Of a stretch of DNA of 37,697 nucleotides, positions 35,182 through 37,697 are shown in pieces (position 1 is the stretch's first letter; each line of letters starts with the position of its first letter). Origin of the DNA: a plasmid; the sequence record NZ_CP016506.1; one strand, given 5' to 3'. The position numbers and the translations under genes were made by a program. Under the pieces are notes generated by a model. It saw only the letters and a program-made list of their open reading frames with translations, did not search any database and was not told the origin of the DNA.

Positions 35182-37697
35182 ATGATTGATTTCACAAATA
35201 AACTCAAGAAAAAAGAACTCCCAAAGAGAATCAACCCAGTTGAAATATATGAGTCATTAGATAGACGTAGCGAAGCTGGTCCATTACGGCCTTCCCAAAA
35301 AACCATTCTAGAACAATGGTTTAACAGTAGACGTAACGAAAGGGATAATATAATTAAACTACACACCGGGGAAGGTAAAACATTAATTGGGTTGCTAATT
35401 TTGCAGTCTAAAATCAATGAGACCAATAGCCCTTGTTTATATGTTTGTCCTAATATTTACTTGGCAAAGCAAGCTGTCAAAGATGCAGAGAAATTTGGCA
35501 TCCCTTATTGTATAATCGATCATAGTAAAATGATACCGGATGATTTCCTTTCAGGAAGAAAAATACTAATCACTCACGTCCAAAAATTATTCAATGGGAA
35601 AACTGCTTTTGGCTTGGGCAGTAAGTCAATTCATGTTAATTCAATTATTTTAGATGACTCACAAGCATGCATTGACTCAATTAAGAACAGCTTTACTATT
35701 AAAGTAGATAATGAAAGCGATCTTTACAAATCAATATTAAATATTTTTTCTGATGAACTACGTGAACAAGGTGAAGGTAGTTACTTAGAAATACAAAATG
35801 GAGTTGGAAATAATACATTACTTCCAATACCATATTGGTCATGGATTGATAAAAAAGAGTTGGTAGCGCAAGAATTACTTAAAAATATTGAAGATAAAAG
35901 AGTGTCTTTCATTTGGCCTTTGATAAAAAATGAAATACACAACTGCCAAGCATTTCTATCTGGTGAATATTTGGAGATTTCACCAATTTTTTCACTAATA
36001 GATTCCTTTGGTAGCTTCAGTAAGGCTAACCATCGTTTTCTAATGTCTGCAACTACACAAGATGATTCATTTTTTATCAAAGGATTAGGCTTTGACGTCG
36101 AAGCGATTAAAAAACCTTTGGTGAATCCTGATCTTGTTTGGTCAGGAGAAAAAATGATTCTAATACCATCATTAATTGATGAGACATTAGACCGTGAAAA
36201 GATCATAAACTGGTTGCTTCGTCCAAATGATAAACGAACATTTGGAACAGTATGTTTAGCACCTAGCTTTGCTAATATAAAACAATTCCAGCGAATTGGG
36301 GCTATTGTAGCAACTACAGAGACAATTTACGACTGCATTGAAAAGTTAAAAAGAGGTGAATTTTCCAATTCAATGGTCTTTGCAAACCGCTACGATGGCA
36401 TTGATTTACCTGATAATTCATGTCGTATTTTAATTATTGACTCTAAGCCATACTCTGAAACTTTAACAGATAGATATGAAGAGGAATGCAGGCCAAGCAG
36501 TGATATCATTAATGTAAAGACAGCCCAGCGTGTGGAACAAGGGTTAGGTCGGAGCGTGAGGGGCGAAAAAGATTATAGCGTAATTATAATCACCGGTGGT
36601 GATCTTGTTCAATTTTTAAAAAGCCCATTAACTACAAAATATTTCTCTCCTCAAACCAGAATGCAAATTGAAATAGGAGGTCAAATTGTAGGTTTTGCTA
36701 AAGATGAAATTGATGAAGGTGCAGAGGCTGATAAATTATTCGTCGGATTAATTAATAAATCTTTGCAACGTGATGAAGGTTGGAAAGAGTATTATGTTGA
36801 AAGCATGAATGAAATTGACATTAGAGATAGAAAAGATAATCTTTATGATCTAATTTCACTAGAATACAAAGCTGAAAAATTATTTATCAAAGGTGATTTA
36901 GACAAAGCATGTGATGTATTGCAAGATATTTGTGATAGATATATTGAGGATGAAATGGAGAAAGGATGGTATCTTCAACTTCAAGCGAGGTACAAATATA
37001 GTATAAGTAAAATTGAATCTAATAAAATTCAAAAATCAGCGTTCCAGCGAAACTGCAATCTACTCAAACCTAAAGATGGTGTTATATATAAAAAAATTGA
37101 CAACATCAATGCTACCAGGGCAAATAGAATAAATAAATGGGTTAGCGCACATACTGATTATCAATCTCTTATGATTTCCGTTGATAGCATCTTGCAAAAT
37201 ATTTCCTTTGGCATTCAATCTGATAAATTTGAAGATGCTTTGCATAACTTAGGTGTTTCTATTGGATTTGTTTGCCAACGACCTGATAAGGAAATCAAAA
37301 AAGGACCTGATAATCTATGGGGGGATGTAGATGGACAGTACTTCCTCTTTGAGTGCAAAAATGAAGTTGATGAAAACCGTTCTGAAATTAATAAAATAGA
37401 AGCAGGTCAGATGAATAACCACTGTGGCTGGTTCGCAGATGAATACGGTAATGCAAAGTGCAAAAAAATCATAATAATAAACACAAGAACACTTTCATAT
37501 CATGGAGATTTCAATGATGAAATATTTGTTATGCGGAAATCAAAGCTTAAACTATTAAAGGATAATGTAAGATCTTTTTTCAAAGAGTTCAAAAATTATG
37601 ACTTGCAATCATTGGATGAGACCATTATCCACAAGTTTATTAAGCCACATAATTTAGATATTGAAAGTCTAACTTCCATTTACACTGAATCAATAAT
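35182..37697 (+). CDS. SF2 helicase (motif I HTGEGKT, motif III SAT, DinG/Rad3-like motif VI QGLGRSVRGEKD) fused to C-terminal PD-(D/E)xK-type nuclease motif (D..VDG..FLFECK); 3' end beyond window
   Basis: An uninterrupted frame of at least 838 codons, translated by hand. Absent from the ORF track because there is no stop inside the window. Very AT-rich. Confidence 0.75.
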   Translation, partial: MIDFTNKLKKKELPKRINPVEIYESLDRRSEAGPLRPSQKTILEQWFNSRRNERDNIIKLHTGEGKTLIGLLILQSKINETNSPCLYVCPNIYLAKQAVKDAEKFGIPYCIIDHSKMIPDDFLSGRKILITHVQKLFNGKTAFGLGSKSIHVNSIILDDSQACIDSIKNSFTIKVDNESDLYKSILNIFSDELREQGEGSYLEIQNGVGNNTLLPIPYWSWIDKKELVAQELLKNIEDKRVSFIWPLIKNEIHNCQAFLSGEYLEISPIFSLIDSFGSFSKANHRFLMSATTQDDSFFIKGLGFDVEAIKKPLVNPDLVWSGEKMILIPSLIDETLDREKIINWLLRPNDKRTFGTVCLAPSFANIKQFQRIGAIVATTETIYDCIEKLKRGEFSNSMVFANRYDGIDLPDNSCRILIIDSKPYSETLTDRYEEECRPSSDIINVKTAQRVEQGLGRSVRGEKDYSVIIITGGDLVQFLKSPLTTKYFSPQTRMQIEIGGQIVGFAKDEIDEGAEADKLFVGLINKSLQRDEGWKEYYVESMNEIDIRDRKDNLYDLISLEYKAEKLFIKGDLDKACDVLQDICDRYIEDEMEKGWYLQLQARYKYSISKIESNKIQKSAFQRNCNLLKPKDGVIYKKIDNINATRANRINKWVSAHTDYQSLMISVDSILQNISFGIQSDKFEDALHNLGVSIGFVCQRPDKEIKKGPDNLWGDVDGQYFLFECKNEVDENRSEINKIEAGQMNNHCGWFADEYGNAKCKKIIIINTRTLSYHGDFNDEIFVMRKSKLKLLKDNVRSFFKEFKNYDLQSLDETIIHKFIKPHNLDIESLTSIYTESI

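Noticed and set aside
35154-36206. Minus-strand ORFs 35154..35426 and 35781..36206
   Set aside because: They are antisense to the long uninterrupted helicase frame, and are low-complexity, AT-driven frames.

Overview
This window looks like most of an IncX-type (R6K-like) conjugative plasmid backbone followed by an AT-rich accessory island. From the low coordinates it reads as follows. An internally deleted IS481-family IS remnant (282-1054). A plasmid 'stealth' module hns-hha-topB (1687-4493, minus strand). A complete VirB/VirD4-type T4SS operon on the minus strand: taxB/virD4 and pilX11 through pilX1, including an unlisted 42-aa VirB7 lipoprotein and an eex lipoprotein, with an RfaH/NusG-like activator actX (4580-17772). 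A MOBP relaxase taxC plus taxA (18125-19839). About 100-bp inverted repeats at 19840-19940 and 25390-25491, each carrying a MOBP-type nic motif (TATCCTG|C); these look like duplicated oriTs, as described for R6K. Between them lie a leading-region block of small unknown genes with duplicated 85-bp promoter/operator cassettes, an stbDE/relBE toxin-antitoxin pair, and a gamma-type oriV (DnaA boxes, GATC cluster, seven 22-bp iterons) with pir and bis. After the right oriT come a parA/parG-like partition locus with heptad centromere repeats and a serine resolvase. From about 28.9 kb to the window end the DNA is visibly AT-rich and does not look like backbone. Two DinQ-like type I toxin cassettes (27- and 31-aa hydrophobic peptides, each with a conserved 3' stem-loop and a 120-bp sRNA-like repeat) bracket a block of small membrane-anchored proteins. 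Each of those is preceded by a shared TGGACA-N11/12-TGTCCA palindrome. The block also holds an OLD-family ATPase-Toprim nuclease with a poly-Asp microsatellite insert, and beyond the second toxin cassette a large SF2 helicase fused to a C-terminal PD-(D/E)xK nuclease motif that runs off the window end. Taken together this resembles a defence or exclusion island in the IncX cargo site. Its combination of a plasmid-borne dinQ-like type I TA with agrB-like repeats and a private operator regulon is the most novel-looking element.
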